DNA of 64,000 nucleotides. Origin: a virus. Location: positions 36,803 to 100,802 of IMG/VR virus record IMGVR_UViG_3300035688_000002; one strand, written 5' to 3'. This document shows positions 55,674 to 64,000 of the stretch, one piece after another (within the stretch, counting starts at the first letter, position 1; the number at the start of each line of letters is the position of its first letter). A program made the translations under genes and the position numbers. The notes beneath the pieces are model-generated. The model did no database searches. It saw only the letters and a program-made list of their open reading frames with translations, and was not told the DNA's origin.

Positions 55674-56428
55674 TAGAGAACCTCAATCAGTTCGGCTTCC
55701 CAAGTCCAGTTATTGAAATCTTCGTGTCTTGGTCTGGATACACTGGCAAATCTGACAAAGTGGGACTCATTGGGAGTGTCATCTGGATCAAATGCAACAA
55801 CAAAGGCCCTTACAATCTTATGATCCTGAAGGAGAGAGATAATCTGAGAGGCTGAAACGTCATTAAGTCCCTCAAATGAGATGGACCATGTATCAAGATT
55901 CGGTCTTTCTTGGCTGAAAAGATTCATGGAATCAGAAAAATCACCTTCAGAATGATCCTCTGGCCCCTTCTCGTAGCCCCACTTAAAGTTTCTGTTTGGC
56001 TTGAAATACTCACCACACACGACAGTAGAGATAATGGGATAATCAGTAAAATCCGTTCCTTTCTCCAATGCAACCCTTACAAATTGCTTAGTAAAAGGAG
56101 AAATAAACTCGAATATATCGGTTGCACGGTACGCTAAAGTCCTTGACACAAGGTCGCCACCATCAAAATCACCATCATCTGCCCCTTCAAACTTTATAGT
56201 AACACCGGTTGCCTCGATGTTATGAGACAGAAGGGCTATGAAATTTATGGTCTGGGGTGTTAGGAGGTCTTGCGGGAGATAAGCCGGAGCGGGCAGGCTT
56301 GCAGCCTGCCAGAACATTGACTTTGTGTCTATCTGTGTATCCGAAGCGGGGTGTTTTGAGTTTTCACTTGAGGGAGACAACATTGTGCCGTCCCTCCAGA
56401 GGCTCTTTATAAATCTTATACTATCCAT
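55673..56428 (-). CDS. Minor (distal) tail protein
   Basis: Position directly after the tape measure gene; beta-rich. Confidence 0.6.
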   Translation of the reverse strand: MDSIRFIKSLWRDGTMLSPSSENSKHPASDTQIDTKSMFWQAASLPAPAYLPQDLLTPQTINFIALLSHNIEATGVTIKFEGADDGDFDGGDLVSRTLAYRATDIFEFISPFTKQFVRVALEKGTDFTDYPIISTVVCGEYFKPNRNFKWGYEKGPEDHSEGDFSDSMNLFSQERPNLDTWSISFEGLNDVSASQIISLLQDHKIVRAFVVAFDPDDTPNESHFVRFASVSRPRHEDFNNWTWEAELIEVL

Positions 56429-56429
56429 T

Positions 56430-59375
56430 TTATTGTATCACCTCTATTGGAACTGTTATTTCCCGATTCTTTCCAGCCAGATTGATGTCCTTTACAACCT
56501 GCCTATGGAAAACCTGGTCGCCTATCTCAAGCCTTATCGGAATAGACAGCCTTATTATACTGGCAGGACCCGTCTCACGGATAACCTCTCTAAAAGTCTC
56601 CTTCATCACAGGGATGGGAGAAATTATTTCACGACCCTCTTCGCCAACTCTGACAACCTCGGGGCCAAATTGTCCGGCAACTCCACCCTTCGCGTAACTC
56701 GGTAAGGGAGTTGCTATTATGGCAGCAACTTGAATAGCTCCTAATGCTGCAACTACTGCTGCCATAATAAAATTAAGAGGCGGGGGCAATTTAAGCATTG
56801 CAGTAATAGCTTCCTTGGTATTCATTATAGCCTGAGCAATTGAACTAAGCTTTTGAAATACTGCTTGTTTCCTCTGAATCTCTATCCTTCTCCTCTCCAT
56901 CTCTCGATCCAGAGCCTCTACCGCAAAATATTTCTCTTCGTCGGACTTCATAGACGCATCAATGGCTTTCTTTCTAGCTCGATATTCATTATCTATACGC
57001 ATCAATTGGCTCTGAGCTACCGCATCGTATGCTGCGTTCATTTGCCCAAGCACAATCATAACGTGTCGCATTACAAAATCAAATCTTTCGCCAAAATCCA
57101 TTGTCGCCCATGTAAGCTCTTTGACCTTATTTTTAGTCACGTCCGAAATAACCCATCCAAGTTCCTTATACTTGTCAATTATTGCTTGAAGAGCGACAAG
57201 TTGTTCTTTAGCGGTTAGCTCTCCTGCCTTCAACATCTCTTCATATTTCTTCTCGGCCTCCTCTAAACTTGCAATCAATTCGCTCTTGGCCGTTACTCCC
57301 AAAAGCCGAGCAGCCTCTGTCAACTTCATAAATCTTCTATATGCGAGTTCTAGTGCGTTTCCTATCGGCCCGAGTGCTAGGCCCATTTTCTGGGTTTCAG
57401 TCCTGGCTAAGTACATCCTACCAGCGAGGGCAGCCAATCCTGCAGGCATTTTTATTCCGAGGAGCTTCTCCGACAGCAAGGCTTTTGTATAGAGAGTCTC
57501 AATTGTCTCACCATAAGCCTTCATCAGCTCTTTGTTGCTTACGCCAGCAGCTGAGTATCTGTCTATTGCAGCTTGTAGAGCATCATATTCATCTGTTAGC
57601 CCCTTCATCTGAGGAATCCCTTCCTCATAGGTCTTTATCAGCTCCTTTCTGCGGTCTGCCTCGTCTTTCGCAGCCGTAGCGAGCGTCCCACTAGACGCTA
57701 TCAGCTTTTTAGAAGCCTCATAAGAGTCAAGAAATGCCTTAGAAACATCGATTTTTAACATATTTGCCATGGGTATGAGCTTATCGCCCAAAGCGACAAT
57801 CTGTTCTGCCATGATTTTGAGAACGTCGTTATAACTAAATCCAACGCTCTGAGCGTAATCCATTGCTTCTGTCATGTCTTTTATTTTATCTTTAATCTCC
57901 TCCGCTGGGAGCATCCCTGCACTCGCAGCTATGGCTTTTATATCATCAGCAAAGTCTTTAGTATGAGCCGATATTGCACCTTTTGCCTCTTGAAAATTCC
58001 TTATTTGTTCACGCAGTGTTTTGTTTGACGAAATGGTCGTATCTTCCAATGCCCGAGTCTCATGTGAAAGTGCTTTCTGCTTATCAATGACTCCTTCGAG
58101 GAGTCCTTTGAGCTTTGCATACTCTGGTTTTGTCGTAATCTCAGTAAAAATCTGAACATAGTCTTTACCGAATTTGAATGTCAGGTTTTTCCATTGATCA
58201 AGGGTAGCACCCCCTTCCTTTTGAACTTTCTGAATCATGAGTAAATAAGTGGTTGAATTTGTTTCCAAATCGATCATAGAAGCCTTTGCCATGCGGGTCA
58301 TATCATCAAGAGCCTCTTTGTGTCTTTTGACGACATCAAGAATGGCGATGCCTATGGCAGCAAGGGCAATTACAACTAAACCAGCAGGGGATGACAGGCC
58401 AACGATGGCCACTTTTAAAAGATTAAACATCATTATGAGTTTCGGCACTGCTATAAGAATAGGAGTGAGAGCTGTCCCTGCTATCATAAGCTTAAAGCCA
58501 AACTCTCCTATTGCCTTTGTTAGAGCCGGATGAGCTTCTGCCCATTTCTTAACTTTCTGAAACGTCTCGGTAACCTTTGCCACAAAGGAGGTTATCGTTG
58601 GCATTAACTGGGTGGCAAGAGAGAGATAAGCGCTCTGGAAGCCCATTTTCATCACAATCATCCTACCCTGCAGCTCATCCATGGCTTTGGCAGTCGGCCC
58701 AGAGATAATTAGACCCAATTTTTCGGCTATATCAGCATTTTCCTTCATTCCCTTTCTGCCAAGATTGAGGAAAGGAATCAGCTCTGAACCGGCTCTTCCG
58801 AATATTCTCATAGCAAGAGTTGTTTTCTTTTCCCCATCCTCCATCGCTGCAAACTTATCGGCAAGGTCGCCAAGAACATCAATTGAAGGACGAAGAGCCC
58901 CGGTGTTGGTGTCTTTGACTGAAATCTTTAAATCATTAAAGAGTTTTGAAGCGCCTCTTGCCCCCTGACTGGCTGCCACGAGGTTTCGGCTAAGGAATCT
59001 CAATCCGAAAGCTACGCCCTGGAGAGATACTCCGCTCTTTTCGGCTGACAGCCTGAGCTTACTGAGTTCTTCAGTTGAAATTCCAGTCTTTTGCTGAAGC
59101 TGCCAAAGTTCGGCACCCATATTGATAATAGAGCGAGTCCCAAAGGCAATTCCAGCAGTCAGAGCGGCTATTGTCAGCCCCATCGTCCTTCCAAAATTAC
59201 CTATTCCTCTTGCAACACTCTCTAATTTGTTTGCAGTATTCTGAAAGGCTGCTGCTGGGACGCTTGCAGCGGCTGCTGTCTTACCAAGAGCCTCTTTTGC
59301 CTGTGAAGAGAAAGACTGGATTACTCTGGTTCCCTGATCGTCAATGCGTAGAACGAGGACTATGTCCTGAGCCAT
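56430..59375 (-). CDS. Tail tape measure protein
   Basis: 981 aa, Ala-rich and helical, TG.S.E.LS.L, A..IFG.AG..L.P.L, hydrophobic segments, C-terminal A.GG..GE.G.E. Confidence 0.9.
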   Translation of the reverse strand: MAQDIVLVLRIDDQGTRVIQSFSSQAKEALGKTAAAASVPAAAFQNTANKLESVARGIGNFGRTMGLTIAALTAGIAFGTRSIINMGAELWQLQQKTGISTEELSKLRLSAEKSGVSLQGVAFGLRFLSRNLVAASQGARGASKLFNDLKISVKDTNTGALRPSIDVLGDLADKFAAMEDGEKKTTLAMRIFGRAGSELIPFLNLGRKGMKENADIAEKLGLIISGPTAKAMDELQGRMIVMKMGFQSAYLSLATQLMPTITSFVAKVTETFQKVKKWAEAHPALTKAIGEFGFKLMIAGTALTPILIAVPKLIMMFNLLKVAIVGLSSPAGLVVIALAAIGIAILDVVKRHKEALDDMTRMAKASMIDLETNSTTYLLMIQKVQKEGGATLDQWKNLTFKFGKDYVQIFTEITTKPEYAKLKGLLEGVIDKQKALSHETRALEDTTISSNKTLREQIRNFQEAKGAISAHTKDFADDIKAIAASAGMLPAEEIKDKIKDMTEAMDYAQSVGFSYNDVLKIMAEQIVALGDKLIPMANMLKIDVSKAFLDSYEASKKLIASSGTLATAAKDEADRRKELIKTYEEGIPQMKGLTDEYDALQAAIDRYSAAGVSNKELMKAYGETIETLYTKALLSEKLLGIKMPAGLAALAGRMYLARTETQKMGLALGPIGNALELAYRRFMKLTEAARLLGVTAKSELIASLEEAEKKYEEMLKAGELTAKEQLVALQAIIDKYKELGWVISDVTKNKVKELTWATMDFGERFDFVMRHVMIVLGQMNAAYDAVAQSQLMRIDNEYRARKKAIDASMKSDEEKYFAVEALDREMERRRIEIQRKQAVFQKLSSIAQAIMNTKEAITAMLKLPPPLNFIMAAVVAALGAIQVAAIIATPLPSYAKGGVAGQFGPEVVRVGEEGREIISPIPVMKETFREVIRETGPASIIRLSIPIRLEIGDQVFHRQVVKDINLAGKNREITVPIEVIQ

Positions 59376-59409
59376 TTCCCCATCCTATGCTGAATTTTCG
59401 AGATTTTCA

Positions 59410-59808
59410 TTACGGCTTGCCCTTTGGAGTCTTAGCCTCTTTTTCCATCTGTTCGATTCTCTTAGAATTTGTCAAATCAATCATCCAGAGAATCTTACCC
59501 GACAGTTGAACTGCCGCTAATCCTTCGACTCCTAACAAGCCGCAAAGTGCGCTGATTAACTCAGCATCATATCTTATGAGTCCGGTCGTGACACTGATTG
59601 ACTGCGTGGTCAGCGCTGAATATACGAGCCACGCATCGCTATTCTCAGGAGCTAGCACAGGCACGCCCTTTGGACACAAACCGTCTTTGATGTTCTCACA
59701 ATTGGGTCTGTGCTTCTCGGGAACCCCCTCATAAAGCGTCCTACAACGCTTACAGGTAAAGCTCCCTTTCTCCTCCGACCACGCTATTGCGTTTCCAGGG
59801 TCTTTAAG
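59410..59808 (-). CDS. Tail assembly chaperone extension (gpGT-like), probably via -1 frameshift
   Basis: The -1 frame is open from C TTA AAG (59802-59808) to 59410, encoding ..CKRC..NCE..LCP.. Confidence 0.6.
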   Translation of the reverse strand, partial: LKDPGNAIAWSEEKGSFTCKRCRTLYEGVPEKHRPNCENIKDGLCPKGVPVLAPENSDAWLVYSALTTQSISVTTGLIRYDAELISALCGLLGVEGLAAVQLSGKILWMIDLTNSKRIEQMEKEAKTPKGKP

Positions 59809-60263
59809 TCCTCCTCTGCCTTCACTCTTGCGTCAACGAAATACTCGGGGGAAGTAGCAATCGCCAGCACCCAGTTTTCAAAATCCGCACAGTTCCAAAG
59901 AAGGGTGACTCGATTCGTAATGTCTGGCTCAACTATAGATTCCTTTTTCTGTCCCTCAAGACTGATGGGATAAAGTTTCTGAAACTTTTCCAATGTCAGT
60001 CCCTTCCAGCTTCGCACCACTTTCTCTGCCCAATGCTGAGCAACTTTTTCACGAGATAGCTGATTTTCATTCTGCCTCGTGGCACTATTCCACACCCTCT
60101 TGGTGCAGGTGTCAACGATTCTCAGCATCTCCTGTTTCCCGACAAACGCAACCTCGACCTCAAACCCAGGGATGTCTGGATGTTCCACCCAGACAGTAAT
60201 GCCTCTTATCTGAGTCGTGTCGATTAATTTTTGTAAGTCAATTCCCATTACCTTAACCTCCAA
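59784..60263 (-). CDS. Tail assembly chaperone (gpG-like)
   Basis: Between the tube and tape measure genes; VRSWKGL motif; likely start 60248. Confidence 0.75.
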   Translation of the reverse strand: MEVKVMGIDLQKLIDTTQIRGITVWVEHPDIPGFEVEVAFVGKQEMLRIVDTCTKRVWNSATRQNENQLSREKVAQHWAEKVVRSWKGLTLEKFQKLYPISLEGQKKESIVEPDITNRVTLLWNCADFENWVLAIATSPEYFVDARVKAEEDLKTLETQ

Positions 60264-60286
60264 GCGAGATTGGCTATCACTCGTTT

Positions 60287-61447
60287 TTACTTGAATGTGG
60301 CTGTTATTTCGTCATCACCAGAAGCACTGCCGATGGCGGTGAAATTCAACTCAATCATAACTTCTTCGTCCCCAGAGATTGTGGGGGTCTTATACTCAAT
60401 TCTTGGACAGGAGAGTTCCAGTTTTTTCCCAGCGACATTGCCTGCCTGAATTATAAGCTCATCCTGCATCTGATGGGCAGCCCTGTAGAAGTAATTGGGC
60501 ATATCCTTATAGAAATAGAGCTGAAGTGTTCCAACTGCATCACGGAATCCCGGAGCCCCATAGACCGTTGGATAGAGAAGGCCGCTCTTCATATCAGTGT
60601 AATATTTGATGTTGTTGGTAAGAGTGATTTTCGAGCTTAGAATGACTGCCCGAGTATCATTAATGGTTATGTCTCCCAGCTTTCCGTGAACAGGCTTCCC
60701 CGTCTCTACTCCAGAAGAAGGATACCAGCCCTTGACAGCAGCTCCTATGTTTTGATTTCCTGCTATGAGAACCGGCGAAAAGTTAATGATGTTGGTATCA
60801 TAGTCAACGCTTGTAACAAGATACCCATCCCCACTGTTGGTGTTAGTTCCAATAACAATTTTCACTTTCTCATCAGAAAATCTCCTGGCATCATTGATGT
60901 GGCAGTGATCGTCCCCTGCCTGGCATTGTGTTGTGAGTTCTGCTTCACCTGCCATCCACCACTTCATAAACTCCCCGCTCCAAGCGACAGAGGCAATTTC
61001 ATTTCCTGCAACAGTGATTTCACAGACATTGACAGTGTTTCCTGCCATGAAAAAGATGGTATGTCCAACCTTTCTCAACATACTGAAACTCGGGAGATTG
61101 GACGAGCTGTCAAGGCTGTAAACAATGCTCGCCCCCGGATGGGGCGTCTTTTTCCCAAAGGCACACTCCCACAGAACGTCTGTTTCAGGTGCCACTCCAA
61201 GCGAGCCGCTGGGTTTCACATAGGTTGAAAAACTCCAAGCTCCCGGATTGATTCTCCCCATAATAGGACTCATCCGACTCCTTCTGTTTCTTTTCTGTGC
61301 GTCTTCTATGAACTCATTCTCCTGGTTCGTCGCTGCGGCTCCAGTAGCAAGAACAAGGTCTGTAGCTGCCGGATAGACTAGAACGCCTTCTGGGTACTCT
61401 TTCTTCAGGAATATTTGTTCCTCATTAGCAAGTGCAAATTTTTTCAT
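60287..61447 (-). CDS. Major tail tube protein
   Basis: Q.F.K.E..G, LPSFS, G..V....I, R...G.L...F, F.A pattern and position. Confidence 0.75.
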   Translation of the reverse strand: MKKFALANEEQIFLKKEYPEGVLVYPAATDLVLATGAAATNQENEFIEDAQKRNRRSRMSPIMGRINPGAWSFSTYVKPSGSLGVAPETDVLWECAFGKKTPHPGASIVYSLDSSSNLPSFSMLRKVGHTIFFMAGNTVNVCEITVAGNEIASVAWSGEFMKWWMAGEAELTTQCQAGDDHCHINDARRFSDEKVKIVIGTNTNSGDGYLVTSVDYDTNIINFSPVLIAGNQNIGAAVKGWYPSSGVETGKPVHGKLGDITINDTRAVILSSKITLTNNIKYYTDMKSGLLYPTVYGAPGFRDAVGTLQLYFYKDMPNYFYRAAHQMQDELIIQAGNVAGKKLELSCPRIEYKTPTISGDEEVMIELNFTAIGSASGDDEITATFK

Positions 61448-61698
61448 TGTTTGACCTCCAAAAATGTCTCTTCAATCTTTATCTTCCACCCAGCACCACC
61501 ACCAAAAATCGAATGTTCAATGTTACGATAAATCTCGTAAGGCACCTCTACCCAAGCGCCTCTCTTACAATGACCAAAACCCAGAATGTCTCGGCTTGCA
61601 TCATAGGACATGACATAATAGTGAGGCACTTTTACCAAGTCGGGTTTTCTGGGCTTTGATACCAAAGAACTTATTGTTTTTACTTTCATTCTAGGCAT
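61444..61698 (-). CDS. Hypothetical structural-region protein
   Basis: Coupled ORF. Confidence 0.55.
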   Translation of the reverse strand: MPRMKVKTISSLVSKPRKPDLVKVPHYYVMSYDASRDILGFGHCKRGAWVEVPYEIYRNIEHSIFGGGAGWKIKIEETFLEVKQ

Positions 61699-62107
61699 CT
61701 GCTATTCCTTTTTCATACTCGATTTGTAAGGTAACCTCTACCGTCCATAAGGGAAATTCTCCCCCAGGTCTTATTCCAATCACCCTTACTTCAGCACAAG
61801 TGCCATTCAGAGTAGGATCGCCTCCAATAGCGTCCTTAATCTCTTTGACAAGAGCCTCTCTCTGGCTCTCTGAATCTATATCATCAAGAAAATAACAAGT
61901 CAATAGAACACTGAGCTTCCACATGGCAAACCGACCTGTCATATATGGGTCTGGACGTTCTTCACCTGGGATAATGTTAATCAGAGGAATATCGGAAGAA
62001 GGATAGACACTCATGTCCAACGGCCCATTTGATATCTTGACAGTTTTAATGCTTGTCGTCTTTATTATGGTTGACAATCTTGAAATCTGATCCGTTCTTG
62101 ATGACAT
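61691..62107 (-). CDS. Tail completion/terminator-like protein
   Basis: P.INI..G.E..DPTL.G pattern and position. Confidence 0.6.
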   Translation of the reverse strand: MSSRTDQISRLSTIIKTTSIKTVKISNGPLDMSVYPSSDIPLINIIPGEERPDPYMTGRFAMWKLSVLLTCYFLDDIDSESQREALVKEIKDAIGGDPTLNGTCAEVRVIGIRPGGEFPLWTVEVTLQIEYEKGIADA

Positions 62108-62109
62108 TT

Positions 62110-62520
62110 CTACCTCTGGCTAAGATAAAGAACTTGTATCGTGAGAATCGCCACACAGTGAGGAGCCATAAACCCTTCATCTGTGTCAATTGCCACAACT
62201 GTGGTATTATAGGCTTTCCCTCCTCGGGTAACATCCGTCAAAATGGCTGTCAGTCCCAAATTGACTAAGGAATTTAACTTAGTTGAAAGATCACCTGCTT
62301 CACTCTTATCGAATAACACTGCTGTATACATTCCCTGAACCTTTATGACGTTTTTCAGAAATGCCTGTCTGGTGTCTCTGACTTCGTTTAGAAAAGCGGA
62401 AGGATACTGATAGTTAGCAAAATTCTCAAAGTGTTGTCTGTCAACCTTTTTCATCCCTGCAACACTGATGAGAGACAATTCAAGGCTTGAGGCAACCTCC
62501 TCTCGTGTTCCGTATTTCAT
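62110..62520 (-). CDS. Tail completion/terminator-like protein (possible distant paralogue of 61691)
   Basis: YP.AF..E..D.TRGG.A pattern. Confidence 0.55.
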   Translation of the reverse strand: MKYGTREEVASSLELSLISVAGMKKVDRQHFENFANYQYPSAFLNEVRDTRQAFLKNVIKVQGMYTAVLFDKSEAGDLSTKLNSLVNLGLTAILTDVTRGGKAYNTTVVAIDTDEGFMAPHCVAILTIQVLYLSQR

Positions 62521-63008
62521 GTCTTCCTCATCAATTCTTCGACTATTCTTGAGCGGATTTCATCCTCCATTACAATAATTTGCTGTTCCAAAGCTGCCCT
62601 GGCTTGCTGAACCATTTTATATGGTTTCGTCCCAGGGTGATGCACAAGCCTAGTAAAAATGACGGTGCCATCGTCCAACTCGAAGCGAAGGATGGGTCTT
62701 CCTGGAATAAGATGAGGCCTGGTTCCAAATTCAAGAAAAGGAAGAATCTCTGCAGACCTGGGGTGCGTGTTTCGGATAATGATGGTCTCTATGAATCCTT
62801 CTGGAGACTTGAGGGCAACTCTCCCCCAGTAATCGGCTATGTGATCAGTCCCTTCCCTAGAGCGAGGCGTTGTTTTCTTTAAAAACTCTATGGCAGAGCT
62901 TGTCAGACTCCAAGCAGCAACTCCAAAGTGTTGCCTAGTCGATAGAAGTTCCCTCGCAATATCATCAAGTTGTCGATAAGGGACTTCAAGCCTGATACTG
63001 ACTGGCAT
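62517..63008 (-). CDS. HK97 gp10-like neck protein
   Basis: FLEFGTRPH.I..LRF..VHHPGTKP. Confidence 0.75.
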   Translation of the reverse strand: MPVSIRLEVPYRQLDDIARELLSTRQHFGVAAWSLTSSAIEFLKKTTPRSREGTDHIADYWGRVALKSPEGFIETIIIRNTHPRSAEILPFLEFGTRPHLIPGRPILRFELDDGTVIFTRLVHHPGTKPYKMVQQARAALEQQIIVMEDEIRSRIVEELMRKT

Positions 63009-63701
63009 TTACTCTCCTGGGAGCATGTTCTTCTTGCTCTCCATTTCCATAGCCTCATCAAACTGTTTCATAAGAGCCTTTGCGTCTTGAAGAGTGGGGT
63101 CTGACAGAGACCAAGGAAAAGGGGAACCAACATGCGAAATTCCGCTCTCTCTACGCCTCTTCCTTGCCACTACTGTGAGAACCTGAGCAACTGCATACCA
63201 GACGATATACTTCTCGAATCTAGATGGGATGGAGGCAAGAGTCCAAGGCTTGGCACCGATGTAATAGACTTTCTTACTTGCCTGTGTTGGAGGCGGAATT
63301 AGCCAAAGTTGATTATTACCCTCATCATAGTGCCAATCATAATTGTCCCTGACTTGCTGTTTTTTCATTGCATCTATTACACGGTCATAAAGGCCAATCT
63401 CAACATCATAAAGGTCTGTTGACATCAGGACATTGAAGTCGGAATCAAAGACATCAGAGAAAGAGACCGTGCCAGACCAATCGCAGAATATAACATCGCA
63501 CAGCCCGGTAGAGCAGACATAATTCTGCTTCTGTGCCTCGGTCGTTATCGAATAGACTCCCCAGCTTAGAACATTCTCGCTGATTTTATTAAGTGCGTCT
63601 TGGATGTAAGCGTCTATGTTGCTATTAGGGATTTCGGTTTCTGCGGGACTTCCTGCCTCGAACCTGGCTCTTGATCGGAGTGTCGTCTGGTTTATCGTCA
63701 C
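63009..63701 (-). CDS. Head-tail adaptor protein
   Basis: LR.R.R....I..YI..A...I, Y..P, L.L.P.P, IP..F..YA pattern and position. Confidence 0.6.
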   Translation of the reverse strand: MTINQTTLRSRARFEAGSPAETEIPNSNIDAYIQDALNKISENVLSWGVYSITTEAQKQNYVCSTGLCDVIFCDWSGTVSFSDVFDSDFNVLMSTDLYDVEIGLYDRVIDAMKKQQVRDNYDWHYDEGNNQLWLIPPPTQASKKVYYIGAKPWTLASIPSRFEKYIVWYAVAQVLTVVARKRRRESGISHVGSPFPWSLSDPTLQDAKALMKQFDEAMEMESKKNMLPGE

Positions 63702-63918
63702 CCTTTGCCTCCTTAGCTACAGTTTCTTCCGCTAACCTCTTAACCTCTGTTTTTTGACCGGCAAGTTTGCCCTTTACAACCTTCCGCTTCTCTCCTGGAG
63801 GGATAGTAATTGGCTCGCCAAAAGCATCGTAATGAATTTGGGTAACCTTAGTTGGGTTTTTGACCCACACCTCAAAATAATCGACTCTGTCTTGCATGAT
63901 TCTCTCAGAATCTTCCAT
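63625..63918 (-). CDS. Small virion-region protein sharing the fibre N-terminal module
   Basis: KNPTKVTQIHYDAFGEPITIPPG; AGGAGG RBS. Confidence 0.65.
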   Translation of the reverse strand: MEDSERIMQDRVDYFEVWVKNPTKVTQIHYDAFGEPITIPPGEKRKVVKGKLAGQKTEVKRLAEETVAKEAKGDDKPDDTPIKSQVRGRKSRRNRNP

Positions 63919-64000
63919 GATTGCCTCCTAATCGATGATACATGGTTTTTCCTACTTGTCCAGCCCCTTCTGCAACTCTTCTACAGGCTCAGGGACTCGG

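Noticed and set aside
498-62882. Plus-strand ORFs in the track
   Set aside because: They are antisense shadows of well-supported minus-strand genes, Ser/Phe/Leu-rich and without recognisable motifs.
1-64000. CRISPR array, rRNA, integrase or IS element
   Set aside because: No regularly spaced repeats or matching motifs were seen.
1-64000. Stop-codon reassignment
   Set aside because: Core genes are full length under code 11, and TAA, TAG and TGA all end genes at coupled junctions.

Overview
This 64-kb window is part of a large tailed dsDNA phage genome with a siphovirus-like tail (tube, chaperones, tape measure; no sheath gene seen). Essentially all real genes are on the minus strand. In transcription order (high to low coordinates) it contains: head-tail connector and tail/fibre genes (64-48.5 kb); a dense block of small accessory genes including HNH, tRNA, radical SAM plus methyltransferase, RadC-JAB, WGR, SLOG, ATP-dependent ligase, mini-PolX and vWA (48.3-25.4 kb); a lone sigma-factor-like gene behind a near-consensus sigma70 promoter (25.1-24.5 kb); and a replication/recombination module (primase, SF2 helicase with two inteins, DnaB-like helicase, UDG-PolA fusion, UvsY/gp32/RecA, resolvase, SbcD/SbcC, ParB). 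At the left end lies an apparently complete phage-encoded ubiquitin-like conjugation operon: Ubl ending ...AG-I, coiled-coil-E2 fusion, small ORF, ThiF/E1, and a Zn-repeat JAB/MPN protein that runs off the window and is absent from the ORF track. A second Ubl paralogue lacking the C-terminal Gly lies about 25 kb away. Other notable signals are an 11-copy fixed-spacing promoter-like motif GAA(A/G/T)-N13-GATAAT, a set of intergenic structured RNA-like elements several of which display UAGCU in loops, and two atypical tRNA-like genes. All family assignments come from motif recognition by eye; no database searches were run.
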